Shown here in pieces: positions 7,594 to 16,516 of a stretch of DNA of 64,000 nucleotides. The notes under the pieces were generated by a model. It did no database searches and was not told where the DNA came from. It saw only the letters and a list, made by a program, of their open reading frames with translations. Origin of the DNA: Thermodesulfovibrionales bacterium (lineage in GTDB: Bacteria; Nitrospirota; Thermodesulfovibrionia; Thermodesulfovibrionales; SM23-35); NCBI GenBank assembly GCA_963716185.1, contig OY970295.1:884049-948048 (forward strand), in the 5' to 3' direction. The number at the start of each line of letters is the position of its first letter. The first letter of the stretch is position 1. Both the position numbers and the translations under genes were made by a program.

Positions 7594-9903
7594 TCACCAT
7601 GTTTCGATCAACAGTTTAAAATTCTTTATCTCGTCAGACAACGAGCCGGGCCTTTCGAATTGGGAGTCTTTATATGTCTTGATCTCAAATCCATTCATAG
7701 TCTCCATAATTTTGATTGCGCCGTCAACATCGGTTCTCAATATTTTTACACCTTGCAATGCGTCCAGCATGCTTTGATGCGGATGGCCAAAGGTATTGTC
7801 CCGGCCTACGCTGATTACTGCGATATCGGGATCAGCGGCTTTCAAAAAAGGCCCATAGGCAGAGGTCTTCCCGCCGTGATGCGGGACCTTTATTACACTG
7901 CTCTTGATCCACTTTCCGAGATGCAGAATATCCTCCTCAGCCTCTTCCTCTACATCTCCTGTAAATAAGAATGACCGGCGATCGCCCTCGATCTTTAAGA
8001 CAAGGGAATCATTGTTTGCAGAAACATATTCGCTCCTGTCCATCGTATAGAATTCCGGATATGGATGGAGAGCATAAATTATGTATCCCTTTCCTTCCAT
8101 TACATCACCCCTGTTGAGCGAATGGGCTTTTATATTGCCGGGAAATATCATGCGACCGTTGTCCCAGACTTCTTTTACAAAAAATTTTCTGGTGATATCA
8201 TCAAATCCGCCCGTGTGATCAGGGTGGATATGTGAGAGTGCAAGAATATCAACAGTATTTTTACCTGTGTATTTAAGAAAAGAAGCTGTTTCCTTCCCTG
8301 TCCTGCCCGTATCTATTACCATGGTCTTTCCGTCGGGAAGTTCTATAACCGACGAATCCCCCTGACCGACGTCGAGGTATGTGACACTGAGACCGTTCTT
8401 CTCGAAGACTGACAGGAAGAAATAAATCATGAGAGGGATAAAGGGAATTATCAATAAATATCTTCGTCTGCTAAACAGGAAATAAAATATAAAACCCCCG
8501 TAAAAGAACACAATTATGATTACAGGGAATGCGGGTATATTTGTGGCGGCAAAGGGAATACGGGATAACAACCTCACCGATTGAACGCTGATATCGGAGA
8601 AGAAGGAAACAATGGGGGTGAATACGAAATGGCCCGTAATGAGGAATAAAAAGCAAGAGACAACGGACAGTGGTATGAGCATGAACCCTATAAGCGGAGC
8701 TATAAGCAGATTCGAAATGGGCGAGATTATGGAAAAATAATGGAAATGATACGTAACGAGCGGCGCCGTACCGATCGATGCAGACAAAGTCATGCGCATG
8801 GCATCTTTAGCATGCCTGAAAACCTTCCTTTCCTCTTTCTTGCACTCCTCCCTATCAGGGATCGCAAAGCCTATAAACAATACCGCGAGAAACGAAAGCT
8901 GGAAGGACAGATTTAAAACAGCTTCCGGCTCCCATAAAATTAATATGAAGGCCGCAAAAAGAAGTGAGTTAAGCCAGTACCCTTTTCTTCCGATAACAAG
9001 GCCGAAGAGGAAAAGGCTGATCATGATAAATGACCTTATTGCGGGAATGCTTGCTCCGGAAAGGCCGAGATAAGCAAGCATGAAGGGAAGGCAGAGCACA
9101 GCGGCGGCCTGTGATGGAGTTAAATACGCTGTTATTCTCTGAAGTACCCGGTAAGGAAATGCCCTAATGACAAACCTGAACATCCCGAACAAAAGGACGG
9201 AGAAAAGGCCGAAGTGACTGCCTGAAATACTGAGTATGTGAGTGAGTCCGGTTATATTAAAAGCATCCCTCAGTTCCTCATTGATATCGGACGTCTGTCC
9301 GGTTGTGATCGATTCGACAAAAGCCCCTGACTCCTCTTTAAAATTATCCTCGATATATTTATTGATACTGTACCTGTATCCCTCAATTTTTGAATAAAGA
9401 GATGATTTTTGATTGCACGCATCGCGTATGTCCAAAAGGCCTGCACTTATCCCATCCCACACCCTTTCTCCAGGATTAAGTCTTTTTCTGCTCTTTATAA
9501 ATTTTATGCCGAGTTCGCATTCCGTTCCTGGATCAAATGCCTTATCCGACAAGAGGAGAATTCCCCTGCCGGTAAATTCCGCCAAATTTTCCCCGGTCTC
9601 CGCGCTGACGGCGGATTCCGTGGTCAGAGTCTGTTTGAAAGTTCCCCTGCCGGTTTTTGCCGGATATGATTCAAAGACTCCTTTTACGACAATTTTATCT
9701 CTTATAGACGGGAGTTCTTTTGGAGGTTCATACCTTAAGAAGGCAAAGGCCATTCCGGTGACGAGGACCAATATTAGGACATATTTTTTCTTTATCGATA
9801 GATAGATTGAAGACAGCAAACTAACAAAAACAGTGGAAAAAGGAAAATATTGGAATGCGTAAAAAAGTACAACCCCGACAAGAAATGTAGCGAAGAATTG
9901 CAT
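7594..9903 (-). CDS. comEC: DNA internalisation competence protein ComEC/Rec2
   Basis: 769 aa. Polytopic competence domain plus a C-terminal metallo-beta-lactamase fold (LDVGQGDS, LSHIHPDHTGG, KVPHHG). Confidence 0.9.
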   Translation of the reverse strand: MQFFATFLVGVVLFYAFQYFPFSTVFVSLLSSIYLSIKKKYVLILVLVTGMAFAFLRYEPPKELPSIRDKIVVKGVFESYPAKTGRGTFKQTLTTESAVSAETGENLAEFTGRGILLLSDKAFDPGTECELGIKFIKSRKRLNPGERVWDGISAGLLDIRDACNQKSSLYSKIEGYRYSINKYIEDNFKEESGAFVESITTGQTSDINEELRDAFNITGLTHILSISGSHFGLFSVLLFGMFRFVIRAFPYRVLQRITAYLTPSQAAAVLCLPFMLAYLGLSGASIPAIRSFIMISLFLFGLVIGRKGYWLNSLLFAAFILILWEPEAVLNLSFQLSFLAVLFIGFAIPDREECKKEERKVFRHAKDAMRMTLSASIGTAPLVTYHFHYFSIISPISNLLIAPLIGFMLIPLSVVSCFLFLITGHFVFTPIVSFFSDISVQSVRLLSRIPFAATNIPAFPVIIIVFFYGGFIFYFLFSRRRYLLIIPFIPLMIYFFLSVFEKNGLSVTYLDVGQGDSSVIELPDGKTMVIDTGRTGKETASFLKYTGKNTVDILALSHIHPDHTGGFDDITRKFFVKEVWDNGRMIFPGNIKAHSLNRGDVMEGKGYIIYALHPYPEFYTMDRSEYVSANNDSLVLKIEGDRRSFLFTGDVEEEAEEDILHLGKWIKSSVIKVPHHGGKTSAYGPFLKAADPDIAVISVGRDNTFGHPHQSMLDALQGVKILRTDVDGAIKIMETMNGFEIKTYKDSQFERPGSLSDEIKNFKLLIETW

Positions 9904-9943
9904 CGAAATGCCTCGAATCCAATGTATTAATTAGTGCCTATTT

Positions 9944-10050
9944 ATAAAGTCGATATTTGAAGCCCCATCCCCTCACGCCTCCCATCAAGGGAGGGGCATA
10001 TTTCCTACCCTCTCCCCTGGCGGGAGAGGGTAAGGGTGAAGGGGTTCATT
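9944..10050 (+). repeat. REP-like intergenic element, family A, copy 1
   Basis: TATAAAGTCGATAT ... CCTCCC-atcaa-GGGAGG ... CCCTCTCCC-ctggc-GGGAGAGGG ... GGGGTTCAT. A second copy sits at 52036-52142. Confidence 0.8.
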
Positions 10051-10077
10051 AATTTATATAAGCAGACACTAATTACA

Positions 10078-11424
10078 TCACGTCATTTTTTTCTTGATAA
10101 CCTTTGCGATATCCTTGCCGAGTTTTGCAATAAGTTTCGGGTCTTCACCCTCGATCATGACCCTAATCTTAGGTTCTGTTCCCGAAGGCCTTACGAGCAC
10201 CCTACCCCTTCCCGAAAGTCTTTGTTCGGCGGCCTTTATAGCCTCTTCGACCTCGGGAATCGTCCTGATATCATGCTTGCGTTCCACTCTGACATTCATA
10301 AGTATCTGGGGGTAAAGCTCTATCTCCTTAGACAACTTTGAAAGAGCGGTGTCCCTTTTCTTCAATAAATACAAAACCTGTATCGCAGTAAGAGGGCCAT
10401 CACCTGTCGTGTTGTGGTCAAGAAAAATTATATGTCCAGACTGCTCTCCTCCAAGGTTATATTTTCCTTCAAGCATTTTCCCCACTACATATCTGTCGCC
10501 GACTTTTGTTCTCACCAGTTTTATGCCGTTTCTCTCGAGATACTTCTCAAGACCGAGGTTGCTCATAACGGTCGAGACAACAGTGTCCTTCTTAAGCGCT
10601 TTCATCCGTTTCATCTCGACCGCCCACATCCCCATAATCTTATCACCGTCAACGATACAACCTTTTTCATCACAGAAGATTGTCCTGTCGGCGTCACCGT
10701 CATGAGCTATACCGATGACCGCCTTGTTCGACTTGACAGACTGTCGGAGAGCGTCTAAATGTAAAGAGCCGCAGCCCGCGTTGATATTTAACCCGTCGGG
10801 CCTGTTATTGATGGAGATCACATCTGCGCCCAGTTCTCGCAGCAGCCACGGTGTTGTCTTATAAGCGGCGCCATTTGCACAATCAACTACAATCCTCATC
10901 CCGTCAAAGGTTACCCCCCTCGGGATTGTCGATTTAATATATTCGATATAACGTCCCGTAGCATCATCCAGCCGGTATGCCTTACCCAATTCTGAGCCCT
11001 TTGGCCTGTTCTTAAGAAGTTCATCATCTTTAACGAGTTCCTCAATCCTTCTTTCAAGTTCATCAGGGAGTTTTAACCCCTCAGAGGAAAAAAATTTGAT
11101 GCCGTTATCCTCAAAAGGGTTGTGGGATGCCGATATGACAATTCCCGCATCCAAACGAAGTGTCCTCGTAAGAAATGCAACCCCGGGCGTAGGGATAGGA
11201 CCTACCAGCGTGACATTCATGCCCATAGAACATATACCCGACGTGAGTGCGCTCTCTATCAGATAGCCTGAGAGCCTCGTATCTTTCCCTATCAATATCA
11301 TATTACGTCCGTATTTTTCCCTCAGGAGGGAAGCGCTGGCCATGCCTACCCGTAAAACAGTCTCCGGAGTCATGGGATGATCGTTTACCGTTCCTCTTAT
11401 CCCATCTGTCCCAAAAAGTCTCAT
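10078..11424 (-). CDS. glmM: phosphoglucosamine mutase
   Basis: 448 aa. MRLFGTDGIRG, active-site ISASHNPFEDNGIKFF, HDGDADR, GGEQSGH. Confidence 0.95.
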   Translation of the reverse strand: MRLFGTDGIRGTVNDHPMTPETVLRVGMASASLLREKYGRNMILIGKDTRLSGYLIESALTSGICSMGMNVTLVGPIPTPGVAFLTRTLRLDAGIVISASHNPFEDNGIKFFSSEGLKLPDELERRIEELVKDDELLKNRPKGSELGKAYRLDDATGRYIEYIKSTIPRGVTFDGMRIVVDCANGAAYKTTPWLLRELGADVISINNRPDGLNINAGCGSLHLDALRQSVKSNKAVIGIAHDGDADRTIFCDEKGCIVDGDKIMGMWAVEMKRMKALKKDTVVSTVMSNLGLEKYLERNGIKLVRTKVGDRYVVGKMLEGKYNLGGEQSGHIIFLDHNTTGDGPLTAIQVLYLLKKRDTALSKLSKEIELYPQILMNVRVERKHDIRTIPEVEEAIKAAEQRLSGRGRVLVRPSGTEPKIRVMIEGEDPKLIAKLGKDIAKVIKKKMT

Positions 11425-12068
11425 CTTCCTCCACCTCCGATAACAACTTTTACCGTAATGTCATTTATCCTAGACCTCACATTCTTGCCTGTTAAGTCGA
11501 GTTTCAGATCCTCGGTGAACGTCTCGTTTAAACCTGTTATATCAAGCGGCTCTGTTCTTATATTTTTTATCCTTGCTATCTCGGATCTTGTTCCCTCGAT
11601 TATCACGGTCTGAGGTGTAACATCAACGGATTTCACGTAATATCCTCTCTCCGGTGCGCCTGTAATAAGAGGAACCACCTTCACCGTTTTTGTTATGGTC
11701 TCTTCCAGCAGCACCTTAACGCTTGAAGGGTCGATACTCGTGACAGTCACGGCATGAGGCAGTTTAACATCCTCCCCGTGTATGAAAAAGGTGTCCTCCC
11801 CTTTCCTGGCTTTGCCGAGATCAACGGAAACCCTTATGTCAGCCGGTTTAATGTTTTTTATAAAACGGTCTTGACCCTTTATCGTAAGGCTCACTGTTTT
11901 AACGCTGTGATTGACTATTTCAAGTCCTGCCGGAATATTTTGAAACTCGAGAGGAACATCAACAGACATTTCGGACTGCCCCCGCGAGGTAACGAAGACC
12001 CATAAAGCGATTGATAATAAAACGGCCGCGATCTTAAGTCCGATATTTTCAAAAAAGAATTTCTTCAT
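11421..12068 (-). CDS. cdaR: YbbR-domain protein (CdaR-type regulator of CdaA)
   Basis: N-terminal membrane anchor followed by repeated YbbR-like beta modules. Start/stop overlaps with both cdaA and glmM, in the conserved cdaA-ybbR-glmM order. Confidence 0.8.
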   Translation of the reverse strand: MKKFFFENIGLKIAAVLLSIALWVFVTSRGQSEMSVDVPLEFQNIPAGLEIVNHSVKTVSLTIKGQDRFIKNIKPADIRVSVDLGKARKGEDTFFIHGEDVKLPHAVTVTSIDPSSVKVLLEETITKTVKVVPLITGAPERGYYVKSVDVTPQTVIIEGTRSEIARIKNIRTEPLDITGLNETFTEDLKLDLTGKNVRSRINDITVKVVIGGGGR

Positions 12069-12826
12069 TTCTTCACCTTGGATGCAAATAAATCGGTGAG
12101 GACGTTTCTGAGCGTCCCCATGTCAAGATGGGCTTCGAGCTTGCCCCTGATAGCCATGGATACCGTCCCTGTTTCTTCCGAAACAATAAGCACCACTGCG
12201 TCCGTCTCTTCAGATAAGCCCAAGCCCGCACGGTGTCTGGTCCCCAATGACTTACTGATGTCCGGACTCATTGTTATGGGCAGAAAGCACCCGGCAGCGA
12301 CAATCCTGTTCCCTTTTATTACGACAGCGCCGTCATGAATAGGCGATGTGGGATGAAAAATACTTAACAGTACTTCTTTCGAAACCTTTGCGTCGAGAGA
12401 AATTCCGACTTCAACAAAGTCCTTGAGGCTCGTTTCTCTTTCAATGGCTATCAGCGCCCCTATCTTTCTGTTTGAAAGCGCTATGGTCGCCCTGACAATC
12501 TCCTCGAGAGATCTCAGTTCTTCAGCGGGCATGAGGGTCTGAAGAAAGGGTGTTTCCCCCATCTGCGCAAGCGCCCGCCGGATTTCGGGTTGGAAGAGGA
12601 TAATAATAGCAATAACGATCTGCGCCCAGAAGCTCTGAATCAGCCAGTCCACCGTATAGAGTTCGAAGTATCTCGATAGAAGCGAAGCCAGGAGAAGGAC
12701 ACCCAGACCGATAAGCATATGTGCGGCCTTTGTGCCTTTTATGATAAGGAGAAGACGGTAGAGTATAATTGACATCAATATGACGTCAACCAAGTCTTGC
12801 CATCTTAATTGCCTCAATAATTCCAT
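12065..12826 (-). CDS. cdaA: diadenylate cyclase CdaA (c-di-AMP synthase)
   Basis: Three N-terminal TM helices plus a DAC domain: GALIAIERE, HDGAVVI, GTRHRAGLGLSEETDAVVLIVSEETG. Confidence 0.92.
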   Translation of the reverse strand: MELLRQLRWQDLVDVILMSIILYRLLLIIKGTKAAHMLIGLGVLLLASLLSRYFELYTVDWLIQSFWAQIVIAIIILFQPEIRRALAQMGETPFLQTLMPAEELRSLEEIVRATIALSNRKIGALIAIERETSLKDFVEVGISLDAKVSKEVLLSIFHPTSPIHDGAVVIKGNRIVAAGCFLPITMSPDISKSLGTRHRAGLGLSEETDAVVLIVSEETGTVSMAIRGKLEAHLDMGTLRNVLTDLFASKVKK

Positions 12827-12853
12827 AGAACTTTTTTGACTAATATCATACCA

Positions 12854-13855
12854 TTACTTTTTGCTTGCCGCCATCTCTTCGAGCCTTTTGAGTTTCGACG
12901 TCTCACCGACGGCTATCAGTGTATCGCCCGAGTTGATAATAGTCCGGAACGTGGGATTGAATTTCATCTCGCCCCCCTGATGTTTTATAGCTACAATGAT
13001 TATCCCCATATCTCTTCCTATGCCGCCCTGGTCCAGACTAAGCCCGACAAGGGGGGAACCTTCCTGAATGGTTATTTCTTCAATCTGCAGATCGATATTG
13101 CCGCTCTTCGTAGCGAATTCTATGAAGTCCACGACAGCCGGTTTCAAAACGGTATGCGCAATTCTCAGGCCGCCAATATGGTATGGAGATACAACCCTGT
13201 CGGCGCCGGCCCTGAGCAACTTTTGTTCCGAGCCCTCCTCGCCCGCCCTGGCGACGATTAAGAGAGGGGGGTTCAAACCCCTGGCGCTCAGGACCACGTA
13301 AAGATTTTCCGCATCCGTCGGAAGAACCGAAATAAGACACTTCGCTTTTTCAATGCCCGCTTTCTTCAAAATTTCGTCCTTGGTAGCGTCCCCTTGAATT
13401 ATAAGCACATCCGTTTTTTCGGCGAGAATTCCGTCGTTCTTCTCGATAACCACAAATTCCAATTTCTCGTGTTTAAGCTCCTTTGCTATGATCTTCCCCA
13501 TCCTGCCATACCCGCATACGACATAATGGTCCTTCAGATCCTTCAGTTTTTTTTCCAATCTCTTCCTCCCGAATATTTCCTGTAATTCACCCTCCAAAAC
13601 AAACTTTGCGCCCGTACTGAGTGCATACAATACGGTCCCCACACCCCCTGTAATGAGAATAATTGTGAATAACTTCCCATTGAAGGACAGGTCATGCACT
13701 TCCTTGAAGCCGACGGTTGTGAGGGTTATTATTGTCATATACAGGGAATCCAGGAAATTCCATCCTTCTATGTACTCGTAGCCTGCCGTTCCGAAAGAAA
13801 TTACAAGAAGTATGAGCCCCGCAGAAAGCATGACGCGTTTTCTGATTTCTTCCAC
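12854..13855 (-). CDS. two-TM K+-channel-type pore fused to RCK (TrkA-N/TrkA-C) domains
   Basis: Pore helix/filter region YMTIITLTTVGFKEV. Rossmann motif VVCGYGRMG. C-terminal RCK_C-like segment. Sits 28 bp upstream of cdaA on the same strand. Confidence 0.85.
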   Translation of the reverse strand: MEEIRKRVMLSAGLILLVISFGTAGYEYIEGWNFLDSLYMTIITLTTVGFKEVHDLSFNGKLFTIILITGGVGTVLYALSTGAKFVLEGELQEIFGRKRLEKKLKDLKDHYVVCGYGRMGKIIAKELKHEKLEFVVIEKNDGILAEKTDVLIIQGDATKDEILKKAGIEKAKCLISVLPTDAENLYVVLSARGLNPPLLIVARAGEEGSEQKLLRAGADRVVSPYHIGGLRIAHTVLKPAVVDFIEFATKSGNIDLQIEEITIQEGSPLVGLSLDQGGIGRDMGIIIVAIKHQGGEMKFNPTFRTIINSGDTLIAVGETSKLKRLEEMAASKK

Positions 13856-14012
13856 CTGTTGAATTCCTATTCGAAAGTCACAATTTTTGATACGCCCTCC
13901 TAAATTATATATGAACTGTCACAATAATTTCGTGCGGCCAAAAATATATTCGCCTGTAGAAAGCGCACCATCCCGGGGTTTTCCCTGCCGTAACAAAGGA
14001 AAGCATGAATTC

Positions 14013-14233
14013 TAACCCAAAAACTACAATTCACTAAATATCCGGGGAGGCATAGTGGCAGAAAAAACTTGACAGCAGCACCTTTGTGGGCGGTCAGATA
14101 TCAAGGCCGCCCGGATATTCTTATTCAGAAGAAATATATGGCGTAGAAAACCCAGATGCTGTCCCGAAGGCTTTCGGGATTTTTAGGTCACTATGCCTTC
14201 CTGAATCTGAGATCAACCGTATTTTTCGGGTTA
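14013..14233 (-). mobile_element. MITE-like palindromic element, copy 1 (inverted relative to copies 2-4)
   Basis: Termini TAACCC...GGGTTA. Internal GGCATAGTGGCAGAAAAAACTTGACA / CACTATGCC inverted repeat and GGGCGG-N-CCGCCC hairpin. Aligns by eye with 20425-20638, 21099-21312 and 40909-41119. Confidence 0.7.
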
Positions 14234-14333
14234 ACCGGAAGGCAACTTGCTGGGCCCTTGCCTTAAATTAAATATTGAGGATTCTTAATAATATTGATAT
14301 ATTAATGCCAAATATCAGGTGAAGAGCCGGAAC

Positions 14334-14909
14334 ATGTCAGGCAGAATGGAAATGCTGATCGTAGTTGCCGCCTTTTTTGCAGTCATTCCGGGCTGTGCAT
14401 TGGTGCAGGAAAAACAGAGAGGTGAAGCGGCAAAAGGAGTAGAACAGAAAGAGGTAAGGACGGAAACGACAGCAATGGGCGGGTATCTGGGAAAACTATC
14501 CGGGGGCATGATCGGACACTATGCCAATGATAAAAAGAAGACAAAGGAAGAGACCGCCAAAAAATATAAGTACAGGCCGTCACAGGGCATAGTTGCGAGA
14601 ATCGAAAACGCTTCCGTAGTTCCTCATGAAGTGAAAGCGGGACAGACAGTGGAGGTCAGGATGACCTACGCGGTGCTCGGCACAACTCCCCGCAGGGAAT
14701 TAACTGTTACAGAAACACGGGAAATCAGGTACAAAGGCGAGATCATCGGAAAACCTGTAGTACACTTGGCCTGCGAAGACGGCACGTATTTTTCCACTGT
14801 ACCCGTCACTTTGCCGCCTGATACCAGAAAGGGCAAGTACAATGTCGTGATGACGGTTCAGACACATAAAGTGAGCTCATCGAAGGAAGCCTTTTTTTAT
14901 ATAAAATGA
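14334..14909 (+). CDS. lipoprotein of unknown function
   Basis: MSGRMEMLIVVAAFFAVIPGC, a lipobox-type signal. No recognisable domain. The ORF track starts at a GTG at 14319. Confidence 0.55.
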   Translation: MSGRMEMLIVVAAFFAVIPGCALVQEKQRGEAAKGVEQKEVRTETTAMGGYLGKLSGGMIGHYANDKKKTKEETAKKYKYRPSQGIVARIENASVVPHEVKAGQTVEVRMTYAVLGTTPRRELTVTETREIRYKGEIIGKPVVHLACEDGTYFSTVPVTLPPDTRKGKYNVVMTVQTHKVSSSKEAFFYIK

Positions 14910-14927
14910 CAGTGTTCTTATGATCCC

Positions 14928-15665
14928 ATGTTAACGAAGACCGTAATAATTCTTAAACTTTCAATCTTTCTTATCTGTTTATTGCAGTCTTACGGAATAC
15001 CGGTTCATCAAGCTTTTGCCTCACAGAACGGCCCTTGCCTGACCTGTCACTCGGAGTTCAGCAAGCCTTCAAAGTATGACCACGGAGCGCTGAGCATAGG
15101 TTGTAATACATGTCATATGGCAGTAAAGGATAAGAGGCACCCGGAACAGAACAACAGCATAAAACTCGTACAGGATATGCCGCTTCTCTGTTATGGCTGC
15201 CACAAGAAATCTAAATTTCAGGCCAAGTATGTCCACTCACCGGCGGCAGAGGGAAATTGCACCTTCTGCCATAATCCTCACAGGTCAAGTTTAAGCAACC
15301 TGCTCGTCAGCGAACGTCCGGACTTATGTTACAAATGTCACGACAAAGCAAATTTCACAAAAAAAAATATCCACCCCGTTATCATAGGAAGGCGGTGTAA
15401 CTGCCATAATCCGCACGCCGGCGATTACCCTTACCTCCTGGAGACAACAGTAAATGAACTTTGCGTAAGCTGCCACAAGGATGAGGAAACAGGGAGGCAT
15501 ATTGTCTCACTTATGAGAGGAAGGATTCACCCCGTAGGAGGTGTACCTGAACCAAGAAATCCCAAAAAACTGATCAGCTGCGCAACGTGTCATAATCCCC
15601 ACAGTTCCAAATTCCCCAAGCTTTTTACGAAAAAGAAGATATGTCATTATTGCCATAAATACTGA
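14928..15665 (+). CDS. periplasmic multihaem cytochrome c (8 CxxCH plus one CxCH)
   Basis: Signal peptide, then CLTCH, CNTCH, CYGCH, CTFCH, CYKCH, CVSCH, CATCH, CHYCH, plus RRCNCHNPH. Recurrent C..CHNPH units. Confidence 0.88.
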   Translation: MLTKTVIILKLSIFLICLLQSYGIPVHQAFASQNGPCLTCHSEFSKPSKYDHGALSIGCNTCHMAVKDKRHPEQNNSIKLVQDMPLLCYGCHKKSKFQAKYVHSPAAEGNCTFCHNPHRSSLSNLLVSERPDLCYKCHDKANFTKKNIHPVIIGRRCNCHNPHAGDYPYLLETTVNELCVSCHKDEETGRHIVSLMRGRIHPVGGVPEPRNPKKLISCATCHNPHSSKFPKLFTKKKICHYCHKY

Positions 15666-15772
15666 TATGTTGGTCTCTAACGGATCCTAAATTCCATCAA
15701 GCTCTTTTTTACGCAATTATCTCCGATTTTTAGATCGTTCAGGGAGTCTTTAATTCAGGCCGACATCTCCCT

Positions 15773-16417
15773 TTACGGTGCAAACCGCAGCCCGCGATTA
15801 CTCAGAAGTTTGGACATGGGACGGCCGAAGATAAAAAGTTCATATTCTGCCCTGAGGCCCAATTCGGAGATGGCATACGAGCGCGCGGACATATCACTCC
15901 GTACCAACCGGGTCAGTCTCTCAAAAATGCTTTCCTTGTCCTTTCCGGCAGATAAAGCCGTAACCAGGCTCTCCATCTCATCCGCCGGGCAATCCTGTTC
16001 ATGGGCGGCGATAACACTCATGATAGGGTCATCCGCATTTATGACATCGTTTCGGATTATCGTGCCCCTGCCGACAATTCCCTCAATCTCCGAAGTGTCC
16101 CAGCATTTTAACAAACGGCATTCGAGAAAACGTTGCTTATAAATACTGCACGAGGCTTCCTTTTCATTATAGAAACAGCAAGACCAGTCTTCTCCTCTGC
16201 CGGCCACTTTTATGATTTCCTTTGGGACATGCTCCAGCCTGCCGCTCATCGGGTTGTATGCCGTTTCACCTTTTCTTATAGTCACGAGATGTTCATAACC
16301 TGCATGTCCGGAAAGAAGGATTTTCTTATCCTCATGGTGCAGAACCGGGCCTCCTTTCAGGCAGCATGTACCACAGCGCCTGCAGCGGGAAACAGACTGA
16401 GAAATCGAAAATTCCAT
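15773..16417 (-). CDS. YkgJ/UPF0153-type CxxCxxCC cysteine-cluster protein
   Basis: CRRCGTCC near the N-terminus and a second block, CCFYNEKEASCSIYKQRFLECRLLKC. Divergent from the radical-SAM gene. Confidence 0.7.
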   Translation of the reverse strand: MEFSISQSVSRCRRCGTCCLKGGPVLHHEDKKILLSGHAGYEHLVTIRKGETAYNPMSGRLEHVPKEIIKVAGRGEDWSCCFYNEKEASCSIYKQRFLECRLLKCWDTSEIEGIVGRGTIIRNDVINADDPIMSVIAAHEQDCPADEMESLVTALSAGKDKESIFERLTRLVRSDMSARSYAISELGLRAEYELFIFGRPMSKLLSNRGLRFAP

Positions 16418-16516
16418 ATGATCAGGTCCGGACCATTATTTTGGGATGATCTATTACATCGTCTCGATGCTCCGTGACGGCAAATTTCCTTCCGCAGCTT
16501 TTTCTCACTCCGGGAA

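Noticed and set aside
14086-14271. The MITE copies translate to similar peptides (MGGQISRPPGYSYSEEIYGVENP... at 14086; MGGLISRPPGYFYSEKIYGVENP... at 20925-21239 minus; ...LCLPESEINRIFRV in three copies). This raised the idea of a repeated small-protein gene.
   Set aside because: The start codon is absent in copies 2 (GCG) and 4 (GTA). Copy 3 is frameshifted by a 1-nt indel after VENP. There is no SD, and conservation extends equally over the non-coding flanks and the inverted repeats. The similarity is a by-product of DNA-level repeat conservation.
13856-14318. A structured conserved element upstream of the K+ channel-cdaA operon might have been a c-di-AMP (ydaO-type) riboswitch.
   Set aside because: The conserved part is the multi-copy MITE, found at three unrelated loci. 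I see none of the ydaO conserved boxes.
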